Shown here one piece after another: positions 38,088 to 51,900 of a stretch of 64,000 bases of DNA (positions are counted from its first letter, which is position 1; every line of letters begins with the position of its first letter). Location of the stretch: positions 104,780,001 through 104,844,000 of the forward strand of contig OX597823.1 of assembly GCA_951406725.2 (NCBI GenBank), given 5' to 3'. The notes beneath the pieces are model-generated. The model was not told the origin of the DNA. It saw only the letters and a list, made by a program, of their open reading frames with translations, and ran no database searches. Made by a program: the position numbers and the translations under genes. The stretch comes from Octopus vulgaris (Eukaryota).

Positions 38088-38975
38088 CAGGGTGCGATGG
38101 GTAAATTGTCACCATTTTATATTTTTAGTTTCGTGCATGTGTCTTGTTTGTTTTTGATTTTGTCAACTACAAAGTATAGTAGGGGCAGTTGGGCATCTTT
38201 CTGTGAGAAAGACAGCACCATGATGCAATTCACTCTGCCAGAAATTTGGAAATGACATACTGTACTGCTTGGCATTTACACTGGAGGCTCCAATATGAAT
38301 ATTTCAGTGTTTGGATGTCAATATGAGGACAGTGCAATCTGAGGACATATATTGAGAGTGATAAAACTCAAACATCCAGTCAGCATCATGGTGTTTTGAG
38401 TGATCACTAGTGATGATGACGTTATGCCTTCATTCATCTTCTCACTCGGCCTCAGCCTCAACACAGAGGCCTACAGCAAGTGCCTGGAGGAGGTTATGCT
38501 GCCTTGGCTCAATAGGATGGCTGTTGAAAGACCCTAAGTCTGGCAACAGGACTCTGCATCATATCACACAAGCAGGAGAACCCAGTCATGACTGTCAGAC
38601 AATTTTTGCAACCACATCACCCCTATCATCTGACCACCTAACTCTCCAGACTGCAAACCCTTTGATTATTATGTGTGGGGCACAGTTGAGCAAGAGACCA
38701 ACAAAACTCCTTGCAACACTACAGATGAACTGAAGGCAAGGATTATGGCAGCATTCACCATATTAAACAAGGAGACCATCCAGAAGAGTTTCAGGAAATT
38801 CCGAAGTCATCTGGAGGCCGTGGTTGGAGCCAATGGCGATTTTATTGAATGAATTTATTCTTTAATATTTCAAGATATTTTTATGTAATTCTAGTAAATA
38901 TATCTGTTAAAATGAGATGTCAGTGTTATTTACATTTTTGCATAATTTAGATGACAGTTTATTCACGGCACCCTG
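38088..38975 (+). mobile_element. Internally deleted DD37D (maT) Tc1/mariner transposon
   Basis: TIRs cagggtgcgatgggtaaattgtcacc / gatgacagtttattcacggcaccctg. Translation VWQQD-[37 aa including two stops]-DYYVWG with PPNSPD, ending LEAVVGANGDFIE. Confidence 0.85.
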
Positions 38976-39575
38976 TGAATATACACACATATATATATAA
39001 GTATATATATAGTGCATGTGTGTGTGTGTGTTTGTGTGTTTGTTTTTGTGTTTGTCCTCCATCCTTGCTTGACAACTGGTATTTGTTTGTTTACATCCCT
39101 CTGACATAGCAGTTTGGTTAAAGAGTCTAATAGAAAAAGTACCAGACCTAAAAATATGTACTGAGGTAGATTTGTTCAACTAAACCATTCAAGGTGGCAC
39201 CCCAGCATGATCACAGTCCATTGACTGAACCATATAATAGATAAAAGATGGCAGATATATTTGGTGGTTGTATTATATTTGAGACTGCAAAGTACTTAAG
39301 TAAATGCAGCAAAAATACTGAAACAAAATAAAAAAGATAAAGAATGAAAAAACAATGCTTTAGGAATTAATTTCTTTGAGATACATGCGGCTACAGATAC
39401 CACCTTACCATTTTCATCCACAGAAATCTTCAGAATTGCTGTGAATTAATGATTAGCCTATTGGAAACCTATAACTAACAACATTATAGTTCAAAGATTA
39501 CAATAGAAAAATAAATAAATAAATAAATGAATATGCATATATATATATATTATATATATATATGTTAAACGATGA

Positions 39576-39614
<39 letters not shown>

Positions 39615-40681
39615 TAGATAGATAGATATAAGCCTGAAAAAGAGATTGGATGGTCATGGCTGGAATGCCTTTGAACATATGTTTGGTCAATCAATGCTGA
39701 CCTGAGGCTAAATGACAACAGTAACACCATCAGTTCACTGCTGTGAACGTCAGAAGCACTGCTTAATGAGTACATTAACGATGTGTTACTGAGTACAAAC
39801 CAAGGTGTGAACCGGGATCAATAGAGAAGCACTTGCATTGCAGAGATTTTTTTCTTGCTATTTTTAGTCTTTGGACAACGGCCATGCTGGAGTACTGCCT
39901 TTGAGGGGTTTTTAGGTGATCATATCTGCCTTCAATATTTGTTTCAATCTTGTACTGTATTTTATCACTGTGTTTATTGAATAGCCATGTACCAGTTTTA
40001 CATTGGTAAATACCAACAGAAAGAAAGAGAGAGAGTGAGAGAGAGAGAGAGAGAGAGAGATAGATAGAGACAGAGAGAGACATACATACATACATTCATA
40101 CATACATACATGCATGCATACATACATACATACATACATAAATGCATGCATACATACATTCATACCTCCCCCCACACACATACACATGACAAGCTTCTTT
40201 CAGTTTCTGTCTACCAAATCTGCCCATAAGGTTTGTTCAACCTGGGGCTACAGTAGAAGACACTTCCCTAAGGTGCTACACAATGAGACTGAACCCAAAA
40301 TAACATGGTTTGAAAGCAAGCCTCTTGTTTACATATATACAATGTACGCATACAAAGGCATATGTTTACACATACATTGATACATACACACACATACATG
40401 TATGAAGTAAGCTAAAGTCTGTTTCAAGCCAGTCAACCCTTTGGACTGGGGACAGTCCTAGTTTCCATGGTGGTGTTTAACTGACTGAGATTTCAAGCTC
40501 CCTCCAGCCACCACTGAATGTGACATCAGCTCATCACTGAGTGACCCCCATTGGTTGCAACATGAAATGAAGTTCCCATAGTCTCTGGCAGTAGGATCAA
40601 ATCTAGAACATTGTAGTTACTGAGCAGATTTCCTGTGCTTCTTCAGTAATTCCTGAGTGCTGTGGTGTTTTAAATATATAT

Positions 40682-40910
40682 TTCTTTATTGCCCACAAGT
40701 GGCTAAACATAGAGGGGCCAAACAAGGACAGACAAAGGGATTAAGTCGATTACATCGACCCCAGTGTGAAACTGAAACTTTATTTATCGACCCCAAAAGG
40801 ATGAAAGGCAAAGTCAACCTCTGCGGAATTTGAACTCAGAATGTAACGACAGATGAAATACCGCTAAGCATTTCGCCCTGCGTGCTAACGTGTCTGCCGG
40901 CTCACCAAGG
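40682..40910 (-). mobile_element. SINE family B, Tx1-like-tail variant
   Basis: Minus-strand tail ttgtttggcccctctatgtttagccacttgtgggcaataaagaaa. Confidence 0.88.
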
Positions 40911-41309
40911 TGGACTTGATATTCATGAAAGATAAGAAAAAACTGTCATAATATGCAGTTTTTTCATTTTTGACATCATAAATTTAATGAGCTCAAACTA
41001 TAATGTAACTCTGAATTTGTTGAATTTGTTTTTGCCGCCAGTTCTAAACTTTTCTTTTTGAAAAACCCTTCAGTTTTTCTTTTCAGAACAATGGAAGAAA
41101 TATGATTGTTTAAAGAAACTAAATAGTACACTAAATAAACAAATGTATTTTCATTTTCAGTCCTTTCTGGCTATTCTTCTAATTCTCACTGATTCATTTC
41201 ATCTAATCATCATCATAACCATCGTTATTAAAGGCAGCAAGCTGGCAGAATCATTAGCAATTTAGTCAAAATTCTTAGTAGTATTTTGTCTGTCTTTATA
41301 TTAATAAAT

Positions 41310-41985
41310 AATAATAATAATAATTGTGTACAGTGCTCAGGTGCACTACAACTCATCTAAAGTGTATATATAATCAGGTGTAGTTTCGACGGATTTCGGG
41401 AAGCATGAGGGCCTTAAAGGATGCAGTGTCATGGCAGTCAACAACTGATGCAGGCAGTTTATTCCACGCTTCAGCAACCCTGAGCGTGAAAAAATGTTTC
41501 CGAAAGTCATGGGAGCTGTGCTGTTTGTAGGCATGTCCACGTGTGTTAGACACATGGAGATCAAAAAGGTGTTCAGTGTTGTTGTTGGTGAGGTGGTTGA
41601 TAACCTTGTGGGTGTTTACCAAGTCCGTCGCTAGACGCCGGAGCTTCAGTGAATCCATGCCCAGGGAAACAAGGCGCTCAGAATATGGTAGGTGTCTGAT
41701 GGAGGGTATGCGTTTGGTTGCACATCTCTGGACAGATTCCAGGAGGTCAATGTTCTGAGCAAGATAGGGATTCCAAACTGATGATGCGAATTCCAAGTGT
41801 GGTCGTACCATAGCTGTATACAGTTTTAAATAGATGGCTGGAGAGCGGCTAACAAAAGTCTTGCTGAGTGATGCCAAGACACCCTCGGCCTTCTTGACAA
41901 TTTTAGAGATATGCTTTGTCCAACGCAAATCACTGCTGACAGTGATGCCTAGGTCACGCTCGCAAGAGGACACATTCCACTTGCC
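41310..41985 (-). mobile_element. 5'-truncated CR1-like LINE with (ATT)n tail
   Basis: ERDLGITVSSDLRW..HI...LYTAMVRPHLEFASSVWNP...LESVQR.ATK...FFTLRVAEAWNKLP. The tail gtgcacctgagcactgtacacaattatt recurs alone at 48363-48392. Confidence 0.9.
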
Positions 41986-42029
41986 TTTCATACTTCCACG
42001 GTCGATGTAGTTGACCTTCCACAAAATTT

Positions 42030-42860
42030 CAGGCTTCCTTATTCTGCTTTGTTACATGCTGTTGATGGTTTCTGGTGGGAAGGCTTTGATCTTGTATCAC
42101 AATTAAGAATTCATCAATCCCAGCTTTGATTCCTGTGCTTCACATCCAGAGTTGTGATTTTTTTGCTTATCTATTTCAGCCATGTCCATCCCGTTTTTGA
42201 GGTTCTTAGTTTCCTTGAAAAAAAAACAAAAAAAACCCAAACCACTCCCTGTTTTGTCTTTAATAGCTACTAGTATTATTTCCCATTGAATATTTACTAC
42301 ATATTTTTGTTGTTTCACTAGATACTTTATAAAAGTTTTATAGTTGCATAATATCCCTATCTTGTCTCACAGGTTTCTGTGATATTTTGGGTTAGTGTAT
42401 TGTGAACACATTTATTATTTGTCGTGTATTATTGTTTAGTCTTGCTATTTCATTTACATTTCAGTTAGATTATTATGCCTATAGCTTATTACTGTGACAG
42501 GTAAAATATTGAGACCTATTACCACATCATTTTTGGCATTTTATTCTGTTTTAAGTATTAATCCAAAACACTTGTAATATTTCTCCTAAATTTTCGCTTA
42601 ATTTTAGTTTCTGTCGTGCATTACCTAGTTCTTATTGATTCCTAATTATTTGTATTTATTTGATCTAGATCCCTAATCTTTGTTTCTTCATCTAGCATTT
42701 TTGATTAAATTTCCTCTCATCAAGGTTATTTTGAAATTTTCTAAATTGAATTTCATATTAGTTTCTCTAGCAAATCCGTGTACTATCAGCAGTACTATCA
42801 GTTGTTTATCATCTGCCACATGCAACTTGAGGTTCTCCACATGCAAAAGATCATTGATTG
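42030..42860 (-). pseudogene. Decayed R4/Dong-type LINE fragment
   Basis: Minus strand gives INDLLHVENLKLHVADDKQL (HLLYMDDLKL-like) and EKYYKCFGLILKTE*NAKN. Confidence 0.6.
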
Positions 42861-43130
42861 TACTTCATCATCATCATCATCATTTAGCATCCACTTTTCC
42901 ATGATTGCATGGGTTGGATGGAGTTTATTGAGGCAGATAGTTCTTCTACAACTGGATGCTCCTCCTGATACCAAGCAAAGTTAGTATTTACTCCATGGCC
43001 AGACATGTATTGCAGATTATTGAAAATGAACGACACTGCTTGTATGACAGTGGTACTCATTTACAACTATTATGTAATGTCAAGACAAGGAGACATGAGC
43101 ATACACACATTCACACACTTATATATATAT

Positions 43131-43432
43131 ATGAGCGTAGGCTCAAAACGTAAAAGACTTTTTCTATTTCTATTCCTGAGCGCTATACTAATACATTTGT
43201 TTGTTTGTACTCCACCTGCCTTCGTCTTTTGTTTATTTTCATAAACTTTCCCATTATGTATATATATAATCAAAATAAGCAACAAGAATAACTTCGGTAA
43301 TTACCGAAGTTATTCTTGTTGCTTATTTTGATTATAATCACCCTATGGATTTATATGGATAACACCATGCAAAATTCTGGTGCATCTAACTTAAGTACCA
43401 TATTCATTTGAATCTAAATTTTGCTGAACTTA
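43131..43432. mobile_element. Two Penelope-like terminal fragments; the second contains a 72-bp perfect palindrome
   Basis: 43131-43257 is homologous to the 16878 family. 43265-43336 is a spacer-less palindrome, followed by a tail homologous to 16219-16340. Confidence 0.7.
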
Positions 43433-44079
43433 TATATATATATGTGTGTATGTATATACATAGAAAAAATAATAGCCAATACACTCTGTGAAGTGGTTGG
43501 TGTTAGGAAAGGCATCCAGCTGCGGAAAAATTTCCAAAACAGGTATTGTAACTATGTATAGACCTCTGCCTTGTCTGTTCATGTCAAACTGTATGATCCA
43601 TGCTAGCATGGGAAAAGTGACATTAAATGATGATGATGATAATAATGATAATGATGATTATGATATACATGATAAGTTTCTTTCTGTTTCCATCTACCAA
43701 ATCCATTCACAAGGTTCTGGTTGGCTTTGGCTCAAGGCTATAGTAGGAAACACTTGCCCAAGATACCACACAGTAGGACTGAACCCGGATCCGTGTGGCT
43801 GGGAGGTAAACTTCTTGACCACACAACCCTATAATGCATCTACACATTACTGGAGCAACCTTACTCATGGCTTGTGTTTCTGGAATCTAGCACATATTGG
43901 ATCTCAAATCTAACATATGTGGAGAACATTGGTTAAAGCCTTCAGATTGTAAAAGCTTCTCCAGTTCTGGCTATGACTTTGTCAATTAGTAAATCATCTT
44001 TGTAGACACATGAGCTTTTGTAGTGTCACATGTACTCTTCAGGAAGAAGATTGTGTGCTTTCAGTTATTTGTCTATTCT

Positions 44080-44440
44080 CATCATCATCATCATCATCAT
44101 CATAATCGTTCAACGTCCGTTTTCCATGCTAGCATGGGTTGGACGGTTCGACCAAGATCTGAGAAGCCAAGGGGCTGCACTAGGCTCCAGTCTGATCTGG
44201 CAATGTTTCTACAGCTGGATGCCTTTCCTAATGCCAACCACTCCATGAGTGTAGTGGGTGCTTTTTATGTGCCACCAGCACAGGTGCCAGGGGAGGCTGG
44301 CAGCAGCCACGATTGGTTGGTGCTTTTTACATGCCACCGGCACAGAAGCCACTCAAGGCGGCGCTGGCATCGGCCACGTTCGGATGGTGCTTTTTACGTG
44401 CAACCGGCACAGGTATCACAACTACAATCTCCATTTGATA
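44080..44440 (-). mobile_element. RTE 3' UTR fragment
   Basis: (CAT)n followed by cgttcaacgtccgtttccatgctagcatgggttggac. Close inverted homolog of 56570-56918. Confidence 0.85.
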
Positions 44441-44469
44441 TTTATTCAAATGGAAATTGTAGTTGTGAT

Positions 44470-44720
44470 ACCTATGATAATAAACTAGTTAAGGTTTTAT
44501 AAGCAATAGGAAGGCAGGTTTTTAGCTTTTAGGGTTTGCCATTTGTTTGGTCTTGAGGATTTGTATGGTTTTGCCCTCACTGAACCAGTCAGATGTTGTT
44601 AGTGACTTCACCAGTATCTTATTAAACGTCTCTGCCATTATCATAAGCGAACGTGTTTCATATTTTAACTTGTAACTTATGACTTCCAATTGCATTTTTT
44701 TATATTTGCTTTTTACCAAT
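44470..44720 (-). pseudogene. R4/Dong-like RT N-terminal fragment
   Basis: AETFNKIL...DWFSEGKTIQILKTKQMANPKS, followed by a PAFLLLIKP/TSLLS-like segment (YRPITCL region). Confidence 0.5.
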
Positions 44721-44959
44721 TGACAGTATCATCTTTTCTCATCATATCTTCTTTCTTCTTCCTCCTCCTAACACCCCACCCCATCATCATCATCATCATA
44801 TCATTTCACTTCTTCCTACTTTCAAGTCTGCCAAAACAAAAATACAAAAAACAAAAAAACAAAAAAAGAAAAATATGACTCAATAAAGATTCTTTTAGAT
44901 AATAGATGTATATTTCAAAAACACTTTTTGACATGACTTTTCAAAGACAGCTTCTTATA

Positions 44960-45667
44960 TTATTGGTAGAACTGTTAGCACACTGGGAAAAGTACTTATC
45001 AACATGCCTTCTGGTTTTACGTTCTGAGTTCAATTTCCACTTGGGTCACATTTACTTTTATCTTTTTGGAGCCAATGAAACAGGTGGGAGTTGAATACTC
45101 TGGTCGATGTAATCAACTAATCTCTTCTCCAAAATTTCAAACCTTGTGAATCATCATCATCATCATCATTATTATTATCATTATTGTTGTTGTTACAGGT
45201 GGCAAGCTGGTAGAATTGTTTGTATGCTGGAGAAATGCTTAGTGGTATTGCATCTGTCTTAATGTTCTGAGTTCAAATTCCTCTGAGGTTGACTTTGCCT
45301 TTCATTCTTTTGGGGTCAATAAATTAAGTACCAGTGAAACATTGGGGTTGATGTAATCGACTGGTACCCTCCTCGCAAATTTCAGGCCATGTGCATTCAG
45401 CAGAAACGAATTATCATAATTATTAATATTGTTATTGTTGTTGTTGTTGTTGTTTAAGGTGGTGAGCTGGCAGAATTGTTAGCATGCTGGGCAAAATGCT
45501 TAGTGGCACTTCATCCATTGTTATGTTCTGAGTCCAAATTCTGCAGAGGTCGACTTTGCCCTTGATGCCTTTGGGGTCAATAAAATAAGTACCAGTTGAG
45601 CACTGGGGTCGATATAACTGACTTACTCCCTCCCTCAAAATATGAGCATTGAGCCAAATTTTGAAAC

Positions 45668-45721
<54 letters not shown>

Positions 45722-46345
45722 TATTATTATTCATCGTTTAACGTCCGCTTTCCATGCTGGCATGGGTTGGACGGTTTGACTGAGGACTGGCGAGCCAGAT
45801 AGCTGTGCCAAGTTCAGGATGGCTGCACCAAGTTCAGGATTGATGAAATAATTATCAATTGAGCCCTGGGGTCAATGTAATCAACTAGACCCTTCCCCCA
45901 AATTTCAGGCCTTGTGTCTATATTAGAAAGTATTATCATTATTATTATTATTAAGAAGGTGGCAAGCTGGCAGAATCGTTAGCACACCAGGTAAAATGCT
46001 TTGTGGCCTTTCGTCTGTCTTCACGTTCTGAGTTCAAATTCCACTTAGGTCAACTTTGCCTTTCATCCTTTCAGGGTTAATAAATTAAGTACCAGTCAAG
46101 TGCTGGGGTCAATGGGATTGACTATTCCTCTCCACCAAATTTTAGGCCTTGTGCCAATAGTGGAAAGAATTATTATTATTATTAAGGTGATGGGTTGGCT
46201 GAATGGTTAAAGCACGGAGAAAAAATAGCTGCTCATGTTCTGAGTTCAACATTGCCTTTTGTCCTTCTGGGGTTAATGAAATAAAATGCCATTCATGTAT
46301 AGGGGTCAATGATACTGACCAATCCTGTTTCTCTAGAAAGAGGGG
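44960..46345 (+). mobile_element. Cluster of about 6 head-to-tail family B SINEs separated by ATT/GTT/CAT repeats
   Basis: Repeated ggcagaat.gttagca...gttctgagttcaa...gcctttcat at about 44960, 45197, 45457, 45845 (partial), 45957 and 46184. An RTE tail is inserted at 45733-45840. Confidence 0.85.
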
Positions 46346-46364
46346 CCTGGTGTCTGACTTAGAA

Positions 46365-46374
46365 ACTACTACTG

Positions 46375-46416
<42 letters not shown>

Positions 46417-46425
46417 ATACTACTG

Positions 46426-46468
<43 letters not shown>

Positions 46469-46647
46469 CACCTCTACCGCTGCCATCGCCACCATCACCA
46501 CCACTGCCACCACCGCCGCTGCCCACTCCACCACCACCACCACCACTACCACTGCTGCTGTAACTATCACTGAAGACATTGCTGTTACTACTACAACTAT
46601 CACTGCTTCAGCTAAAAATAGTAATAATAATAATAATAATAATAATG

Positions 46648-46712
<65 letters not shown>

Positions 46713-46840
46713 AATAATTACAATAACAACAACAGCAGCAACAACAAAAACAAAAACAATGACAACAGCAACAACAGCAACATCAACATCAAGAATGACA
46801 ACAACAACAACAGCAGCGGCAGCAACAACATCAACAACAA
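46365..46840. repeat. Compound CTA/CCA/TAA/CAA trinucleotide repeats
   Basis: Seen directly. Confidence 0.95.
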
Positions 46841-47124
46841 ACACCCGGAGTCAAAAAAGAGCACCAGTATCTAACCGCTCCAAGAGCTGAATAAAATAGA
46901 AAAAAAAAATTGTTTTAAATGATCCCAGAGTGAATTATTGATTATTTGAATGGAACAAACCAGGAAATAATTTATTCCTCAAGGATATGCTGAAAGAATA
47001 TTAATGATGTTCAGAGAAGTATTTCAAGACAAGACAAAAAAAAAACCCCAGAAAATCTAGAACTGTATTTCAATTTGTCTTTTGATCACCAGCACTACCA
47101 ATACTACCATCAGCATTATAGTCG

Positions 47125-47198
47125 TCGTCATCATCATCATCATCATCATTCATCATCATCATCATCATCATCATCATTCATCATCATCATCATCATCA

Positions 47199-47229
<31 letters not shown>

Positions 47230-47500
47230 GCATCATCATCATCATCATCATCATTGTCCCCACCACCACCACCACTGCTACCACCACCACCACCACCACC
47301 ACCACCACCACCACTGCCACCACCACCACCACCACCACCACCACCACCGCCGCCGCCGCCACCACCACCACCACCACCGCCACCGCCACCACCGCCACCG
47401 CCACCGCCACCACCACCACCTCCACCACCGCTGCTGCCGCCACGAAGACGGCGACCACCACCACCACCACCACCACCACCACCACTGCCATTACCACCTG
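47125..47500. repeat. Compound CAT/CAC/CGC trinucleotide repeats
   Basis: Seen directly. Confidence 0.95.
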
Positions 47501-47706
47501 CAGTAACATAAACATCCTCACCACTGTCACCTGTTGATGTTGTCGTACCTATGCCACTGCATTATTTTCCCCACCCACACACTTGTTACCATTTCCAAGC
47601 ACACTAAAAACAATCTGCATAATATTCCTTCAGATGATATACAACATGTTTTTAAATATTGTTTGAATTTTGAAGAAAACTGAATTGCTATCAGCTTTTG
47701 AAAAGT

Positions 47707-47738
<32 letters not shown>

Positions 47739-47829
47739 GATGTATATATAACATATATAATACATATATATATATTTCGTTTGTTTTCCACCTGCCTTCG
47801 TCTTTTGTTTATTTTCATAAAGCTTCCCG

Positions 47830-47871
<42 letters not shown>

Positions 47872-47879
47872 ATGTATCT

Positions 47880-48272
47880 ATGTAGCTGTGTGGTAAGTAG
47901 CTTACTTACCAACCACATAGTTCCGGGTTCAGTCCCACTGCGTGCCATCTTGGGCAAGTGTCTTCTACTATAGCCCCGGGCCGACCAAAGCCTTGTGAGT
48001 GGATTTGGTTGACGGAAACTGAAAGAAGCCCGTCATATATATGTATATATATATATGTGTGTGTGCATGTTTGTGTGTCTGTGTTTGTCCCCCTAGCATT
48101 GCTTGACACCCGATGCTGGTGTGTTTACGTCACCGTCACTTAGCAGTTCGGCAAAAGAGACCGATAGAATAAGTACTGGGCTTACAAAGAATAAGTCCCG
48201 GGGTCGATTTGCTTGACTAAAGGCAGTGCTCTAGCATGGCCGCAGTCAAAAAACTGAAACAAGTAAAAGAAT
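47880..48272 (+). mobile_element. SINE family A, full length, little diverged
   Basis: Complete head, core and tail with CpGs retained. Confidence 0.92.
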
Positions 48273-48627
48273 ATATATATATATATATGTATATATGTAT
48301 ATACACATGTATATATACCTATACACACATACATAAATATATACATACATAAATACATATATGGTGCACCTGAGCACTGTATACAATAATTTCATTATAA
48401 TATGTGTCTGCATGTGTATATGTATTTGCAAATAGATGGATATGTATATATAAATATATAGAGATCTATTTATCTATACATGCATACATAGATCTGCACA
48501 TACATATATGTATGTATATATGTGAGTATATATATATATGTATAATAATGAAACAAAAAAAAATTCAAAAAATTCAATTGTCACAAGTTGAGACTGATGG
48601 TGGAGGGTAACACCTCCACTGCTAGAA

Positions 48628-49390
48628 ATCATCATCATCATCATCATCATCGTTTAGTGTCCGCTTTCCATGCTAGTATGGGTTGGACGGTTCAACTGGG
48701 GTCTGTGAAGCCAGAAGGCTGTACCAGACTCCAATCTGATCTGGCAATGTTTCTACGGCTAGATGCCCTTCCTAACGCCAACCACTCCATGAGTGTAGTG
48801 GGTGCTTTTTACGTGCTACCGGCACAGGTACCAGATGAGGCTGGCAAACGGCCACGGTCGGATGGTGATTTTCGCATGCCACTGGCACGGTGGCCAGGTG
48901 AGGTTGGCAACGGCCACGATCGGAGGGTGCATTTTACGTGCCACAGGCACGGAGGTCCGTCGGGGCAACGCTGGCGACGGCCACGTTCGGATGATTCGCT
49001 TACGTGCCACCGGCACTGGTATCACAGCTACAATTTCCATTGATGCTGATTGATTTCGATTTCGATTTTGATTCTGATTCTCACTTGCCTCAACAGGTCT
49101 TTACAAGTAGAGTTTTGTGTCCCAAGAAGGAAAGGTATGTATAAGTGGACTGGTTACATCCCAGGTAGAGGCCATGGGTTATGGTATCACTGTCCTGCTG
49201 GGTCTTCTCATGCACAGCATACTTCCATAGGTTTCGGTCTCTAGTCATTTCCTCGGTGAGATCTAAAGTTCGAAGGTCGTGTTTCACCACCTTGTCCCAG
49301 GTTTTCCTGGGTCTACCTCTTCCATAGGTTCCCTCAACCGCTAGGGTGTGGCACTTTTTCACACAACTATCTTCATCCATTCTTGTCACA
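48628..49390 (-). mobile_element. 5'-truncated RTE LINE (ORF C-terminus plus 3' UTR)
   Basis: TRMDEDSCVKKCHTLAVEGTYGRGRPRKTWDKVVKHDLRTL..EEMTRDRNLWK. The UTR has 4 hairpin repeat units and a (GAT)n tail. Confidence 0.92.
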
Positions 49391-51127
49391 TTGAAAAACT
49401 GTTACAGCCATAGTAAGCACATTTTATATGCACTGACAGTGGAGATAACCACCCCACAGCAAGCGAGATCATTACACTATAGTTTTGTTTGAAAATTACA
49501 AACTCATCAGCAGTGACTACTCTGACATGGGTAATGATGCAACTTTTCGTGCACATATCACCAAAAAGGTTGCAATGTGCAGGCGAGTGAACTCTGAATG
49601 AACCATGAGAACATTCAGAACAAAGGACAAGGAGATTAAGGTGGGTATTATAGTTTAAAAGTATTACTTTACAGTATGTACTGAGTGCATTTTTAAAGCC
49701 AGCGGCCATAGTGAGTAAGTTTGCAAGATTTTGAATCACAAGAGAAGTGATCTAGAGATCAATGGTTCTAGTATTTGCTATGACAGGATATGAATCAGTT
49801 CACTTATATATGCAACATTAACTTATGATAAAAGTAACATAAGAATTGTACAAAGTGGTCTGACATCAAAATGTAAGTTGTTTTTGAATATAAATATTTA
49901 GACAGAAGCGTTAGTTGGATTAGCACTGGAATATGATGCAATTGTCTATTGCCAGCTAAGTAAAAAAAGTTTTATGAAATTGGTAGTGAAATACACCTGT
50001 GACAAGTGTGAAATAAATGGTAGAGGTGGGATTTGTGTGGAAGTTGATTATTTTAGAACTAAGAACATTGAATGTTGAATGAATGAAATGAAATGACACA
50101 GGGGAGTTATGTGTATGAAGAGATGTAAGAGCATTGAAGATATTCTCCAACCTATACCAGAATAGAAAAACTGATGGTGCCAGAATGAGAACACCAAAGA
50201 TGGCAGTAGTGTTGGCGAAGAAGATGATGATGAGGAAGGTGAAGGGTAAGAGGAGGAAGAGGATAATGATGATGACAGTAATTACAGCAAAGTTAATGAT
50301 AACAACGATGATGTTTGTGAATACAGTGACAAAAACACTGCCAGAGAACTGATGGTGACCATGGTGATAATGATGATGACAGTGTTGATGATAACAACAA
50401 TAATGATGATGGTAGTAGTAGTAGTAGTTGTTGGTGGTGGTGGTGTTTGTAGCAGTGGTGATGATGATGAGGAGAAAGAGAAGGGGTAAGAGGAGGTGGA
50501 GGAATAAAAGAAAGAAGAGGAGGAAGGTGCTATGATAAAATGGAAGAAACCCTGATGATAATGATGATGATGACAACGATGACAACAACAATGAGAATGG
50601 TGGTTGTGGTAATGATGATGATGATGATGATAATGGGTGGTGGGTTGGAGTAGGCAGAGGAGCTGATGGAGAAGGACAATAACTATGATAGTAATATATA
50701 TATTAAAAAAATCATCTTTCCAAGACTTTTCAGATTTTAATTTTGTATTTATTATTTTTAGTTCCTATGTTTTTTGTTATTTTGTTATATTTTTATCATT
50801 ATTTTTTCCCAATCATGAATCTTTCCAATCATGAACATTTCTTGCTCATTTCTCCCAGGAATCTTATTAGATTTCAACTGCAAACCTGTTTCAGGTTAAC
50901 CTCCCTATATCAATTCTATTTAAAACTACAATACTACTAATATATCACTATGACACTACTGTTATATTACCTCTATATTACAAACATATTTCTACCATAT
51001 TACAAATGCATCAAAGACTATCGTCATATTACCACCATATTACTTTCATATTACAACAGCATTACTGTTATATTACTGTTATATTTCTCTCATATGGCTA
51101 TAGGTACAAGCATGGCCTAGATGCAGG

Positions 51128-51300
51128 CATGGCTGTGTGGTAGGAAATTTGCTTCTTAATTGCATGGTTTCAGGTTCAATCCCACTGTAAGGCACCTTGG
51201 GAAAGTGTCTTCTACTACAACACTAGGCCAACCGAAGCTTTGTGAGTGGATTTGGTAGTTAGAGACTGAAAAAAACCCATCGTGTACACACAGACACACA
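51128..51300 (+). mobile_element. SINE family A 5' half
   Basis: ggctgtgtggtagg...ggttcaatcccactg...ccttgggaaagtgtcttctac. Confidence 0.8.
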
Positions 51301-51338
51301 CACACATGTGTGTGTGAGCGTGTGTGTATGTGTGTGTA

Positions 51339-51369
<31 letters not shown>

Positions 51370-51639
51370 GTGTGTTTATGTATTGCTGTATCTATGTGTG
51401 TGTGTGTCTGTGTGCATGTTTTGTCTCTTTGTCTTGACATCTTATGATTGTCGGAAATTCATGTCACTCATTTCCAACAATCACGACAATATTCTGCAAA
51501 AAGAAAAAGAAAAAATCTGGCTACAGGGAAATATTATCTTGCTTTGAAGCAGATAAGGGTTGGTGACAGGAAGAGCACCTGACCATGGAAAACCTGCCTC
51601 AATAAACTCCATTCGAGCAAAGAAAAGTAAATTTTAAAA

Positions 51640-51665
51640 TGATGGCGATGACAATGATAATGACA

Positions 51666-51715
<50 letters not shown>

Positions 51716-51726
51716 GGTGGTGGTGA

Positions 51727-51760
<34 letters not shown>

Positions 51761-51900
51761 GGTGAGTAAGATGATGATGATGATGGTGATGATGATGATA
51801 ATGATGATGGTGATGATGATAATGATGATGGTGATGATGATGATGACAGCGATGATGATGGTGATGGTGGATGTATATGATGATTATGATGATGATTACT
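51640..51900. repeat. (GAT)n/(GGT)n compound repeat
   Basis: Seen directly. Confidence 0.95.

Noticed and set aside
46142-47537. Poly-T/N/H/P ORFs
   Set aside because: Trinucleotide repeats lack stops in several frames on both strands; there is no domain or splice evidence.
48800-49020. CRISPR array
   Set aside because: Eukaryotic context, no cas genes, mutually related spacers, and the unit sits in an RTE 3' UTR.
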